Shown here piece by piece: positions 49,131-60,859 of a stretch of 64,000 bases of DNA. The notes beneath the pieces were generated by a model. The model ran no database searches. It worked only from the letters and a program-made list of their open reading frames with translations, and was not told where the DNA came from. Location of the stretch: positions 2,668,001 through 2,732,000 of the forward strand of contig MU058687.1 of the NCBI GenBank assembly GCA_013265495.1. Reading direction: 5' to 3'. The position numbers were made by a program, and so were the translations under genes. Source of the stretch: Vicugna vicugna. Lineage: Eukaryota. Every line of letters begins with the position of its first letter. Within the stretch, counting starts at the first letter, position 1.

Positions 49131-50537
49131 GGCAGGCCTGGATATGCACCAACTGCCCCTCATCCACCCCTGTTTTATCAGCAAAGATTAAGAAGCTATG
49201 AGTAGGAAACCAAGAGGTGGGAGGGATTTAATGAAGTGTATTCTTGAACAGCTGGGGCCCCACAAAAATGACACAGGTAGCTGTATCCCTGGGAAGCTGC
49301 GTCCCTGAGCCCTTTAGAACCTCCCAGCGGTCTCAGCCTCTTGGGCATGTTGCATACAGGAAAGCAGCAGAGATCCCTTCTGGAGAGCATGAGGTCAGCA
49401 CTGCCGGGTCCTCTGTGTTCAATCCCCCTGCCTGATCTGCTTACTTAAAACAAGGGGGCCTGTGAACCGGCTCCCTCACAGGTAGACCTATCTTACGGCG
49501 CAGGAAACAGGGCTCCACCCTGACATGGCTTGTAAAAGGAACTCTGCCGGGAGTAGAGACAAAAGAGAACTGAAATGCGTGATACCTGATTTGGATACTG
49601 AGATGACCAAAGCAAAACAAAATGATTGCACATCTAGGATAAAGTTCAGCAAGATGTATGTCTTGTCTGCCCGTGAGGGGCCAATATCGCTTTGTCTGGG
49701 CACTGGCTCCCTCAGGTCATGTGCATCTGGGGGGCCATGTGTGTCTGGGTGGAGCACCCAACTATTTCTTGTTTCCCATACTTTCTTACCTCTTCCCCTT
49801 TCATCAAATGTCAGCAACTTCACCATGGTCTAGCCCTTGATGGGGTCTGGGGTGGGGGAGAAGCTAGACAAGCATGGCCTGTCCTCTTCTGGGACAGTTC
49901 ATGTCCCTACTTTCTGTCTTGGGGAGCACAGCCCCCACCTACCTGCTGCCCTGCGAGGTGTCCTAGACACTTGCACATCCTTTCCACCCAAGCATCAGAT
50001 ACAGCCACTTGTGTTTCTTAAAGAGCTCTGATCTCCCACCTCCTGCTGGTGCCCTAGGTCAGGCCATTGTCCCAAGGCTGGGCTGCTGTATGGCCTCCCC
50101 TTAACTTCTCATTCATCGAACCCTAACCATCCGCCTCACTTCCCACCACCTCATCCACTTTCTACCGTAGGCACAGACATCTTTAACAAACACATCTGGC
50201 TTTGCCATTTCTCCCCGAAGGGCCACAGGCCTGGCCTGGCCCCATCTACATCCCTGTCCCTGTCCTCTCCTATCTGTCCTGGTGGCAGCCCCTCCCTCCA
50301 CGCTGGGCTGGATGAAGCATGAGCTTCCAGAGGTTTACACAGACCTCCCTGGACCCCGCCCCCATCCCCTCCCGCAGGAGCTCAGCATGGTGCCCAGAAC
50401 GTGGTGGCACTGGCTGGTGACGCACTGGGCCAAAACGACCCGTCAGAGCTTTCCTCCTCAGCGAGCTGGGTAACCATGTGGTGGCAGACGAGGCCCCGCG
50501 GAAGGAGCCAGCAAGCCCGGCCCAGGCAGCAGCTGGT

Positions 50538-50551
50538 GTCGCCATGGAAAC
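50538..50551. promoter_or_regulatory. RFX X-box in a CpG-rich patch
   Basis: gtcgccatggaaac, flanked by ccgcgcgctgcgcc. Confidence 0.55.
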
Positions 50552-50984
50552 CGCGCGCTGCGCCACCCGGGGCCTGGCCTTTTCACTCTGCCTTTTTGGC
50601 AGGCTTCCTCAGCCACCCTGAAACCCCATTCACCCAAGCGAGCCGGGGCCTTGCCCCTGCCCCCCACCCGCCCTGCTGCCCGCTGCACCTTTGCCAAAGC
50701 GCTGGGAGGGGAGAGCTGGGCCAACGAAGGACTCAGATTTTCAATTCTAAGCAGATTTCCCCTCCACAGGCAGCCAGCCCTTTCATACATTTTTTCCCTA
50801 TTATCATAAACGCAGGAACTTGCATTAGGATGAATGAGCAGAAACTCCTGTCTTTGTCAGAGCCTTGGCAGAACTCCAAGCATAGAATGACCTAAAACAT
50901 TCAGAACTAAATGGAGCTGGAGAGGGGGTGGAGATCCCTCGCCAGTGAGAAATGGAATAGTGTGTGTGGGGGGGGGGTTCTAAT

Positions 50985-51200
50985 TATAATAATAGTGTTT
51001 GCCATGTGCCCAGACACCAGGCTAGGCCTTTTGCACAGATTCTTGTTTAATCCTCCCCAAATTCCTATATCCTATTTATCCCCTCCACCCTCGCCCCCCG
51101 TTTTTACAGATGATGAAACAGAATCAGGGCCCAAGATCACACAGCAAATGGCCGATGGAGTGGGATTTGAACCCTTCAGACTCTGGAGCCTGAACCACAA
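50985..51200 (-). mobile_element. MIR SINE
   Basis: atgtgcccagacaccaggctagg..tttaatcctc..tttttacagatgatgaaacaga..cccaagatcacacagcaaatggc..gggatttgaaccc. Confidence 0.85.
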
Positions 51201-51584
51201 CTTCAAGGTCACCTTACTGAGGGCTGATTCATGGCTCTTGCCACCAATTCCCATCACCTAGACTTTCCAGCCCTTACCTACCCCGCCCCGCCCCTCAGCC
51301 CTCAGCTTCCTTTCAACAGCTCTCCCTCATTTCCATTTGTCAGTCTAATTTTGCAAATCAGACTGATTTATCTGCTTGCTGCACCCAATCAGATAGAGAG
51401 GGGGAGACCCTCAGGCAGAGGGAAGCGGGGGCTCTTCCAGCCCCAGTCAAGGCATGTTTGTGCTGCCTTCAGGGCAGAGCCTTTGCTCTCCCAACATTCA
51501 AGTCTCATTTTTGTCTCCAGCACACAAACTCTGACACGGAGCAAGTGCTCAGCGAATGTTTATTGTGCGTGCGCTGCATGTCCC

Positions 51585-52030
51585 ACCTCTCCCCCTCCAG
51601 ACTCAAGTCCACCTTTTCCCACCCTGTCTGTGCCTTGGAGTCTGACCTCTAAGTACTCTGTCAGGGAGCGCTCTTGCTCTCTGACTTCTGCGTGGATTCA
51701 GCCAATGGGATGCTGCTGTGGGAGGTTAGAGGCAGGAGAAAGAGGTAGGGGTCTTTATTCCCCAGTCACTTCTCTGCTAGACCATGGGTTGATGGTTGCT
51801 TTCCTCCACCAAAAGCCTCAGCTCCCGGCCCATCATCCCCTCCTACAGCTCAGCTCAGTCTAGCCACACTCTCTCAGGCCCAGTCCCTACCCTGTTGTGA
51901 GCCCTGGGATGCTTTTTAGTTTTTCCTACCTTGTCTACAACTTTAGAAGTAGTGCTCTTGTGGAACTTCCCTCCATCACCCTGTTCGAGCCTGCAGTCTT
52001 GCGTTTCCTGCCATGACTTGGTCAAATACA
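51585..52030 (+). mobile_element. LTR33-like ERVL solo LTR
   Basis: ctcttgctctctgacttctgcgtggattcagccaatggga..ggaggttagaggcaggagaaagaggtaggggtctttattccc..gtttcctgccatgacttggtcaaataca. Confidence 0.75.
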
Positions 52031-52899
52031 AGCTCCTACTCTCTGTCATGCCCTCTTGTAGCTGGCAGGAGCAAACAAAGTTCCCTGTCCTCATAGAGCT
52101 GGTGTGGAGTAAGACAGACAATAAGCAAACAAACAGAAAATATACCATATTGGGAAGCGATAAGTGCTACGAATGAATGAACAAATGGATGAAAAATCGA
52201 TGAATGCAATCATTGAGATGTCACCACTAGACTTTAGAGATGATCTAGTCTAAACCCCTCACTTTACGAATGGAGAAAAGGAGGCCCTGAGAGGATGCTC
52301 AAGGTCACACAATGAATTATTGGTAAAAGCTGGGCTGGATTCCAGCTGTCCTTGATTCTGCCACTGCCCTGGCCAGAGGGGTGCAGCTCAGCCCATGGAA
52401 ATATGGGGATGCAAAAGCCTTTGACATTCCTTCTGGTTCTTTCCCTTCTTTAAAGATAGTCTTCCAGAAGCAATAGTGGGGCAGCAATGAGTTTACTGAG
52501 AGGCTCAGGTGGCTGGGCAGAAAGGAAACCGTCTCCAGCAGGAGCAGTGGGGGTGCCTCTGTCCCATCTTGCCTGAGCTGAGGGCACTGTGGGCCCTGGA
52601 CCCCCCAGCATGCCAGAACAGGGGCATGTGGGTGGAAAGGCCTGTATACCAGGGCGCTGGTGTTGCAGAGCGGTGGGAGCTGGAGGAAGGGCTTGCACTG
52701 TGGGCCCGGCTGTTTGGGAAGGGCATTGTTCTTTTGTTGCTGACTAAGCCCCAGCCCACGTGCAGGGCTTGGCTGGGAACCTGCAACTGCCCTGGTTGAC
52801 TGGGTCATCCCTTTCCCAAGCCCCACAGTCCTGCCCGTTCCACCCGCTCACCAGCTTGGCATGCTCCCAATGCCTCACTGGGAGGAGGGAAACAGCAGG

Positions 52900-53110
52900 A
52901 ATCAAGTATGAAGCCTGCAGTACGCTGTGTACAATCCATGCATTATCTCAAAACGTGATGATCTTTGCAGCTGTCTATAAGGTGAGTTGCTATCCCCCTT
53001 TCACAGATGGAGAAACAAGCTCATCAGAGTTGTGTGACTTGCCCAGGGCCAGAGAGCTGGAGGACTCAAACCCAGACTTGTCTAACAGGAAAGCCTGGGT
53101 TCTTACCCCA
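52900..53110 (-). mobile_element. MIR SINE
   Basis: tatcccctttcacagatggagaaacaagctcatcagagttgtgtgacttgcccagggcc..ggactcaaacccagacttgtctaac. Confidence 0.85.
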
Positions 53111-53326
53111 CATGCCTCTCAGACTCCTGCCAGGGGGCTTCCTGGAACTTGCCAGCTCACCCTCCCAAATGGCCCAGAACATGGGCTGCAGGCCACACCT
53201 CTCTTCCCTTTCCACTGTCTCCTCGGTGTTGGCTGCCCCTTGGCCTGCAGTCTCGGGTCTGTGCCCGGTGCAGCTTCTCTGCCATGTGGCCCTGCACCAG
53301 GCTCTTGGCCCTGAGGCCAGGCTGGC

Positions 53327-53340
53327 GTTGCCATGGCAAT
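53327..53340. promoter_or_regulatory. RFX X-box
   Basis: gttgccatggcaat, one mismatch from the perfect palindrome. Confidence 0.6.
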
Positions 53341-53764
53341 GCCCTTCCCCTGGACTGCCTCGTGGGCCCCACAAGCCACTGGAATGTCTCAGAAATCCCA
53401 CCCTTCAGGCCAGCATCCAAACCACCTCTCCCAGACAGCCACTCTCATTACGAGCAACAGGAAAATCTTTTCAGATTGTGTCCTGATTTTCAGTTTGGAA
53501 AACAGATGGCCACCATTGTGAGGCCCCCATACAGCCTTCATTTCCCTTTCCCCTTCCATTCTAGCCCTTTTTGTCTCTCTGCCCAAGAGCATGTGGTGGT
53601 TACAGACACAGACAGAGCCTGAGCTCTGAGGTCTTCCTCTTCCTAGTCATTTGACCTTGGACTCTTCCTTGGGCTTGATTTCCTTGTCCTTCATAGGGAT
53701 GATAATAATCACATCTGCATCCTTGACTTTTGTGCAAATCAAAGAGACTGACTGAATCAGAACC

Positions 53765-54070
53765 AGTGCTACCTTCCCAGCAATGCCTTCACCACCCTCT
53801 CAACTTAAAATGACAAATCTATCCCTACCCTAGTACCCCCATCTTCCCTCCCTTCTTTATTTTTCTCCAGCACATATCACCATCTTACATACTACTTCAC
53901 TTATTTCCTTTGAAGTTTGATTGTCCCCACGCCCCCGCCACTAGAATGCAAGCTCCATGAAGGCAAGGCTTTTTTAAAAATCTATTTCATGGCTGTGCCC
54001 CCTGTATCTAGAACAGTGCCTGATACAAAGGGGGCACTCAAAAAATATTTCTTGAATAAATGGATGAATG
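53765..54070 (+). mobile_element. L2a 3' end
   Basis: ctttatttttctccagcacatatcaccatct..cactagaatgcaagctccatgaaggcaagg..tctagaacagtgcctg..gcactcaaaaaatatttcttgaataaatggatgaatg. Confidence 0.9.
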
Positions 54071-55549
54071 GGGACGGGCCAGTGGCACAGGTATTTTTCA
54101 CAAGCTGGGACTGAGAGGCCCTGAGAGGTTTACTGAGTGGCTGAAGCACCTGGCGTGGGGCCTGGCCCGTGGTTAGCTTGAGGTTGGCTGATGCTATTGT
54201 CTTGTTCCCTTCACTTTCCTCCGCCCACACCCATACCTTGGGCCTCCCAGTGTCAGCCTCGGGAAGCCCTGCTGGGAGCCCGCAGAGGGAAACCTCAGCT
54301 GAGGCAGCATCCTGGCCCAGGAGCCAGCCACGCCGGCTTCTGATCCATCCCACGGGACAACCCTCGGCTGCCAGGCCCCCTCCCCTCCTCTCACCCACGA
54401 GGGAGGCTGAGTCAGAACAGAAGACTGGGGAACAGTGGCCTCAGGCCACCCTTTCGCTGCCAGTCAGCCCGCTGTGCCCGGGGCTGAGGCAGGAAGAAGC
54501 CCCAGGCACAGGGCAGGCAAGTGGAGTCTGTGCAGGCAGCCCAGGGCAGGGGGCCTGGGGGCGAGGAGCTGCCTTTCCTTATTGGGGCCCCTCTGCAGGC
54601 AGCTGGCAGGCTGTGTGCTCCCCTGGGCTGCCTCCTCCACAGGGCCACTTTCACTTTCTGTTTTCTCCACTGAAGCAGGAATAGAACGGCCGGGCCCTGG
54701 GGCCCAGCACCAGCTCATGGAGATGGAGTGGTGGTTGGAGGGTCAGAAGGACTGGCTTCTAGGGGGCCTTCTGGGCATGGGGAGAAAGGGGGCTCAGCAG
54801 CTTTCTGTCCTTGCACCCGTGGGAGTAAATCTCAACTAATGATGCTCCCTCATACCCCTCCTCCAGCGGAGACACTTTCCAAAGCACCTTCGTGGTCCTT
54901 ATCTTACTGTACCCACACTCTGCGGCAGGGAGGATGGAGAAGACAGGAGTGAAAAGTTAAAAGCAGAAAATGTCCTCCAGGCTCAGAGGTGACCAAAGCC
55001 ACAGAGCCGGGACATGAACATATTGTAGTGTTTCTATTTTGCCAAATTTCCTCACGGTAACCAGAGGTCCACCTTTGAACAGGGAGCCCTGCTCAATCCC
55101 TGTCCACCTAGGAGGAAACTGAGGCATGCGGCCTGGCAGGACCTGGAGTGGAAACAAGGCTGGCCCCTCCCAGATGCTCCCTGGAAAGGAAGTCTCCACT
55201 CCTGGATTCCCAGACAGAGTCACGTGAGTCTCAGGAGAGGAAGGGACATCTGGGAGGGCCCTCGGTAACCCTGGGAGAGAACTGTGTTCATTTTCATTTT
55301 CTAGGTAGTAAATAACTGGCCTAAAGGCACGGAGCTAGCACCCGAGAGAGAGGGAGTTCTCAGCCAGGTGTGGATTGCTCCAAAGCCTTCCTGCTGGTTC
55401 CAGGGCCAGTGGCTACCCCTGTAGCTCGGATCCATAGATCTTGCCCAGGACCACTCCCAGCAGGCCCTGTTGCTTTGCCTGACTAAGTCTCCCCAGTCCT
55501 GCCCCTTGCGGTCAGTCTTGTGTTCCCTTTCAGGCCTGCCCCTCATCCA

Positions 55550-55890
55550 CGCACTCAGGTATTAAATGTTACCAAGCACCACTGGTCCCAGACGCTGTTC
55601 TAGGTACTGGGGACACAGTGGGGTCACACGAAACAGGAAAAGGTTTTTGCTGCCAAGAAACTTTTATGTTGGAAGTAGACAGACAAAGAAAAGTAAACAG
55701 ACAAACAAACGAATAGATAAACCCAGGTCGCTGTAAATGTTTTGAAGGAAATAAAGCAGAGTCAGTGCGTGGAGAATGACGGGCAGTAGCCTGGTCAGGG
55801 ACGGTCTCTCTGAGAAGGTGACTGACATTTAAGCTGATATTAGGGCTGCCAGGCAAAGACAGGTGGGGACAAAGGCTCTGAGATGGAAGA
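55550..55890 (-). mobile_element. L2a 3' end
   Basis: ccagacgctgttctaggtactggggacacagtg..ggaaataaagcagag..ggtcagggacggtctctctgagaaggtgac..caaaggctctgagatggaa. Confidence 0.85.
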
Positions 55891-56682
55891 AGCCCAAAGA
55901 AGGGCTGCCGACCCCCCGGGACAGTCCCTGTTTACACATGTTGCCTGGGTGTCATTTTTAATAGTTCTTTCTTTCACTATCAAGAGCAGTCCATTTGGAA
56001 GATGTTCCTCCTGAGGGATTAAATTTATTCCCAGTGCAGCCGGAAGCCACTGGAGGAATCATGTGACCAACATCTTGAAAAGATCTCACTGGGGCAAATT
56101 AGAAGGGCAAGAGAGCAGAAGAGCCAGGCTGGGGGCAGATGCGGCCACCCAGGGGTGCTGTGGTGTGCCTGGGCACTAGATTCCAGTGGGGGTGTTGGTG
56201 AGTGAAGAAGAATCAGCAAGGACCCAAGGATCACCCCCCAACCCCAACCCAGCCATCCCCTCCACCCCTGCCCACCAGCCATGGCCATTTCTGAGATGAC
56301 TCTCAGCGCTCAGGGACCTCTCCCCACATTTCCATCGTCTGTTTTGTCGGAGCCCGGCCAGAGTGGGGAGAGCCAGGCCCCTACCCGCCTCCCACCTGCA
56401 TCCAGCCCCTCCCAGGCCTGGCCTGGCTAGCCCCCCACCAGCCAGACCTACCCCGCCTCCCTGCAGGAAGCCGGCTGGCAGCCCTGCTGCTTGACCTTGG
56501 GCTGCAAGTCAGTCCTTTGCAAAGTCAAAGTGAGTCACTTCCTCCCTGGGGCCTCCCCCTGAGCGGGCAGCGGGCAGCCTCTCCCTGCCCCCTCGCCGGC
56601 CCAGGCTGGCGCTGGCACAACGCCCTCCGCATGCTAAGTGCTCACGCCTGAACCCGCCGCCTGAGGCTCATTTGTCACCCGC

Positions 56683-56695
56683 TGCTGACTCAGCA
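56683..56695. promoter_or_regulatory. Perfect T-MARE / ARE palindrome
   Basis: tgctgactcagca, an exact 13-bp Maf recognition element. Confidence 0.65.
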
Positions 56696-56759
56696 CTTCT
56701 GGGGAAGGCTTTCCTTTCGCCTTAGAGACGAGGCCCTGGCTCTTCCCTCCCTTCAGGAC

Positions 56760-57045
56760 CTGTATGCGTGGGTGTCTGTGTCTCAGTGTCTGTGTGTGTG
56801 AGTCTGAGTGTCACTGGTCTCTGTTGTGTGTCAACATGAGTGTGCATTTCTGGGTCTGTGTACCTTTTGAGTGTGGCTGTCTGTGTGTGGCTTCTAGGTG
56901 TGTGTTTGTGTGTGTGTCTGTCCTATAGGTCCTTGTAGATGTCTGGGGGTGTGTTTTGGACTCTGAACTCTGTGTGTGTGTGTGTGTGTGTGTGTATCTG
57001 GGTGTTGTATGTCTGCATGTGTGTGTCTGGGTGAGTGTGTGGGTT
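56760..57045 (+). repeat. GT-rich tract with (TG)12 microsatellite
   Basis: Imperfect TG repeats, with a perfect run at 56971-56995. Confidence 0.9.
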
Positions 57046-57214
57046 TCCCCATCTCCTTGCAGGCTTTTCCCCTCCTCTTTCCCTAAGTCCCAGCATCCTT
57101 CCCTCAGGTCTCTCCTGGAAAGACCCTCACCTTCCCTCCCCTTGGACCTCCAGGCCCAGTTCCTGCCTGCACCCTCTACCTTCTGTCCTCTAAACGCAGG
57201 ACCTCCAGGAGTGA

Positions 57215-57400
57215 AACACGAGCTCTGGAATCAGATAGATCTAGGTTTCAGCTTTGGTTCTGCATTTGCCAGCTGAGTGACCTTGATTGAAGTACTTTTC
57301 TGAGCCTCAGTTTCCTCACTTATAAACATAGAAGTGATAATATCTCCTTAAAAGAGATAATCTCACAGTGGAGTCAGGCAGATTGCACATTGCAAAGGGT
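57215..57400 (+). mobile_element. MIR SINE
   Basis: gagctctggaatcagatagatctaggtttca..agctgagtgaccttg..ctgagcctcagtttcctcacttataaa. Confidence 0.85.
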
Positions 57401-57819
57401 ACCTGCTATTTCTTCTCAAGGCAGTTGGCCCAGTGTCAGGCCCACAGCCAGGGTCGAATGAACAGCACTCAAGAACAAAAGCACTGAGAGGCCATCTCCT
57501 TGGTCACTGGGGAAGGGAGGGGCGTGGGAGACCGTGACCTGGATTGGGAGCTGGGCAGGAGCTGCGTGCATGACAGCTAAAGCAAGGAAAGACAAGTGGT
57601 GACCTGATTTAGTGCTGCCTGGGGCAGCCAAGGAAGCAAGGGAGGAAGTCGCAGGCCAGGGGCTTGAAGCTGTCCCGCCTTGCCCTTCCCCAAACCAAAT
57701 GCTGCCTGACACCCAGCTCCAGCCGGGACCCAGAGCTGTGGCACAACTCTACCCCACACCCCACCCCAGCAGCGGCCCCCCTGCTGTGTCCTTGGGAGAC
57801 CACTATGTCCATTTGTTTG

Positions 57820-57960
57820 CTTCTTCTTAACCCTGTGAAGGGATTCCTGTGATTCCCGTTTTCAGCTGGGGAAACTGAGATTCTGGGAGGTTAAGTGCCA
57901 AGGTCACAGGGCTGACATGTGGTAGAGAGAACCCTGGCATTCCAATCCCCAGTCCAGCAC
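57820..57960 (-). mobile_element. MIR SINE fragment
   Basis: attcccgttttcagctggggaaactgagattctgggaggttaagtgccaaggtcacagg. Confidence 0.8.
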
Positions 57961-58419
57961 TCCCTGGATGTCTACGCCACCTGCCTTCTCCCTGTACACA
58001 CACATATACACCAGCTCACAGCCCCGAGGGCCCTTCCGCCCTACCCACAGGCAGAGCTCCCACACACGCTGGCACCACACTCTCCCCAGCACCAACTCCT
58101 GTAGCAATTCCTCCCAGAGCCAGCCAGCTCCTGCTGTCTTTGTAAAGGTAGGACCTTCTTCAGAAAGGTGAATATTCCTTGACTCATGGCCTGCAGTGTG
58201 GATTCTCGCCGCATCCTTTAGCTACATCCAGCAGGAAAGAAGCAAGCCAGCTTGGGTCAGGACACTGGCCCTTCCTCCAGCGGAGGGGATCCTGGGGTCA
58301 GCAGCCTCACACTTGGGCATTGCCACCTAGGTTTGGCCCTAGACTCACAGGGTAGGGCGTGGAGCCAACTGGAGGGCAAACCAGGGATCCAGGCAGGTGA
58401 GAGCAGTGAAAGTGGGGGC

Positions 58420-58555
58420 TTGGAGGGCAAGGGACTCCAGTTCATGCCTCTACTGCTAACTAGCTGTGTGACCTTGGGCAAGTCATTACCCTGCTCTGGG
58501 CCTGAGTGTCCACATCTATGAAATGAGGGAGGTGGCTCTCAGGTTCCTTCTGGCT
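58420..58555 (+). mobile_element. MIR (MIR3-like) fragment
   Basis: ctctactgctaactagctgtgtgaccttgggcaagtca..ctctgggcctgag..catctatgaaatgagg. Confidence 0.85.
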
Positions 58556-59189
58556 TGCACACAGTCCCAGATGCTACTAGACCTCCATCATGGCTAGATC
58601 TCTACTTTCAGATGCTATCAAAGACCTGCATACCAGGGGACACTCCACCACCACCACCACACTCTGCCCCAGATTTGCCTCCAATTCTCCTTGGGAAGCC
58701 AGCAGACAACAGGCCCCGTGGGCAGAAGGAGCCAGCATTAGGGGTCTGGGTACCTGGAGATGGGACTTAGAAAAAGCCCAAGTACAAAGGGGGCACCAGA
58801 GAGCTTCTTTCACTCCTGTTTGGCCCTTCCTGCTCCAGGGAATCCAGCACCAAGCTGGAGATAGGACACCAGTTCTCTGCTCAGCCCTGGCCTGGATCTG
58901 TAGGTGAGGCCCAGAGTCATTTCCGCTTTTGGGGCCTGTGACTCGTGGCGAGAAAAGAGACGATAAGCATCTCTGGCCTTCCTGATTCACAGGGTTATCC
59001 ACGCATGAGGTGGGGCCCCTTGCAAAGCAGACATGCCCATTTCTGTCCAGACACAGTTCGGGCGGGCAGTGGGTGGCTACAGCCTGTCCTTACATGGGGC
59101 TGAAGGGGCCCAGCCACCCAGTGACTCACTCACTTACCCAGCCAGCTGAAACCCAGGCCCCACCCTTCCCTTCTGCAGCTACCCACAAA

Positions 59190-59435
59190 AGCCCCTAACA
59201 TAGCATTCTAGTCACATGGAAACTAAGGTAGCAGGGAAAGACATTTCCAAAGGTTGGGGACCGACAACCAACAGGCAAATAAACAGAAGGCCATGTGATC
59301 ACTTAACCAACTCCGGAACCACCTACCTGTGGGCTTCCTGGTGTGTGATTTTATTAACCCCTTACTGTTTAAGTTGTTTGAGTTGAGTATTTTATCCTTG
59401 TGGTATTCTTGCAGCCCAGAGCATCCCTCCTGGTC
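59190..59435 (+). mobile_element. Old MaLR LTR 3' fragment
   Basis: ccaactccggaaccacctacctgtgggcttcctggtgtgtga..ccttactgtttaag..ttcttgcagcccagagcatccc. Confidence 0.6.
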
Positions 59436-59707
59436 ATGACCCTGGTGGGCCTCCTGGGACTGCCATCCTCATCTCAGACAGTCTGCCGGTGAGAGGGCTC
59501 CTTGCCTCTCCTGGAGGTCCTGGAGGGTCTAGGGGGGTCAGAGGAACAGATGTAGTAACCTGATGAAGTTGGTGACTCTTAGGACTGTAGGCCTGGTGGG
59601 GGGTGTATTAGTAACGTGGAGGGAGGAACTCATCAGGAAAACTGGACCTAAATTCCGGCTGTCAGGAGTTGAAGACCCCAAAGAGTGAGGAATCAACATC
59701 CCCAGAG

Positions 59708-59954
59708 CAATGGTGGGTTGAGACCCACTAATGGGTAATAAAATCCATTTAGTGGATTGCACCCAGAATTTTTTTTTTAAAAAAGAAATGGAATAGAAAA
59801 AAACACAAGGGCAGGTTACACAAGGTAAAAAGGAAAGTATAGTTTGGTACAACTTTTGTTTCAGTGTGTGTAAATGCTCATCTGAGAAACAGGTTGAGAT
59901 GTGAAATACATTTCTTACTGAGGGTGTTTGGTTTTAAAAGTTTGGAAGCCACTG
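59708..59954. mobile_element. hAT-Charlie MITE (MER112-like)
   Basis: gggttgagacccactaatgggt..aaatccatttagtgg..aacttttgtttcagt..tttcttactgaggg..aaaagtttggaagccactg. Confidence 0.75.
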
Positions 59955-60859
59955 CTCTGGAAACAAAGGTGCCCTTTGTGCGTGTGAGGCGCAGGGGTCT
60001 CTTTGTCCTTGCATTTGGTCCCAGCATCCCCAGAAGTGTCTGTTGGGGAGCAATGAGCCCCACTTTCCTAAGCATAGAAGGAGGCGTCCCCTTGCTTAGT
60101 CTCCGGCTTTCCTTAGCAAGAGGGGAGGGGTAGGGCTTTTACCCAGAGGCCCCAGGTCTGGAATGTTTTCATGTTTCCCAAGAACCTCCACTGGGCAAGT
60201 TAGTCAGGATCTTTGGGTACAAGGTCACTTCAGAGCCTTCCCAGTGGCAGGCACCACCGTGCCCCATCCCTTATCCTAAGACCCTGTGGAGGAGCAGAGG
60301 CCAGGAAGTCAGGAAAAGCAGGTCTGGCCCCTCGGGAAGTCTTTCCTCAGATGCCTTCCCCTCCCGTTTCCACAGTTTGGCACAATCTTGAACGTAGTGG
60401 GGCGGAGCAGAGAAAAAACTAGAAAGCTCCACTTCTGCCACCAGGGCCGGAAGCCCCACAGTGGCCCCAGCTGGTGGTTAGCCCCTGTTTGTCATTTTGC
60501 AAATCTGGTCTACCCATCTCCGGTGAAAACTCCCAGCACCACCCCAGGGGGCAATGACTAATTACAAAACACATTTTCTCTCTTTTTCATTTCGCTCACT
60601 TCCCCACCCACAGCGACGCCCCCGCACTAGCCGCTAGACTCCCTCGCTAGACTGGGTTGAATGAACTCTTGGCCCGGCCCCTCCTCCCCAGACTGCACCC
60701 TCTGGGTTCTTTTCTCTCCGCTCAGCTTTACTTTCACTTTCTGGTCACTCTCACTCTGTCAGCTTCTTATCCTGGAGCCCTGGCCCTTTCTCAAGGTGGG
60801 GGCCACTGCTGAAGCCCTGAGCGGCATGCAATTAGTCAGGTTTTGAGTCAACGCCGGTC

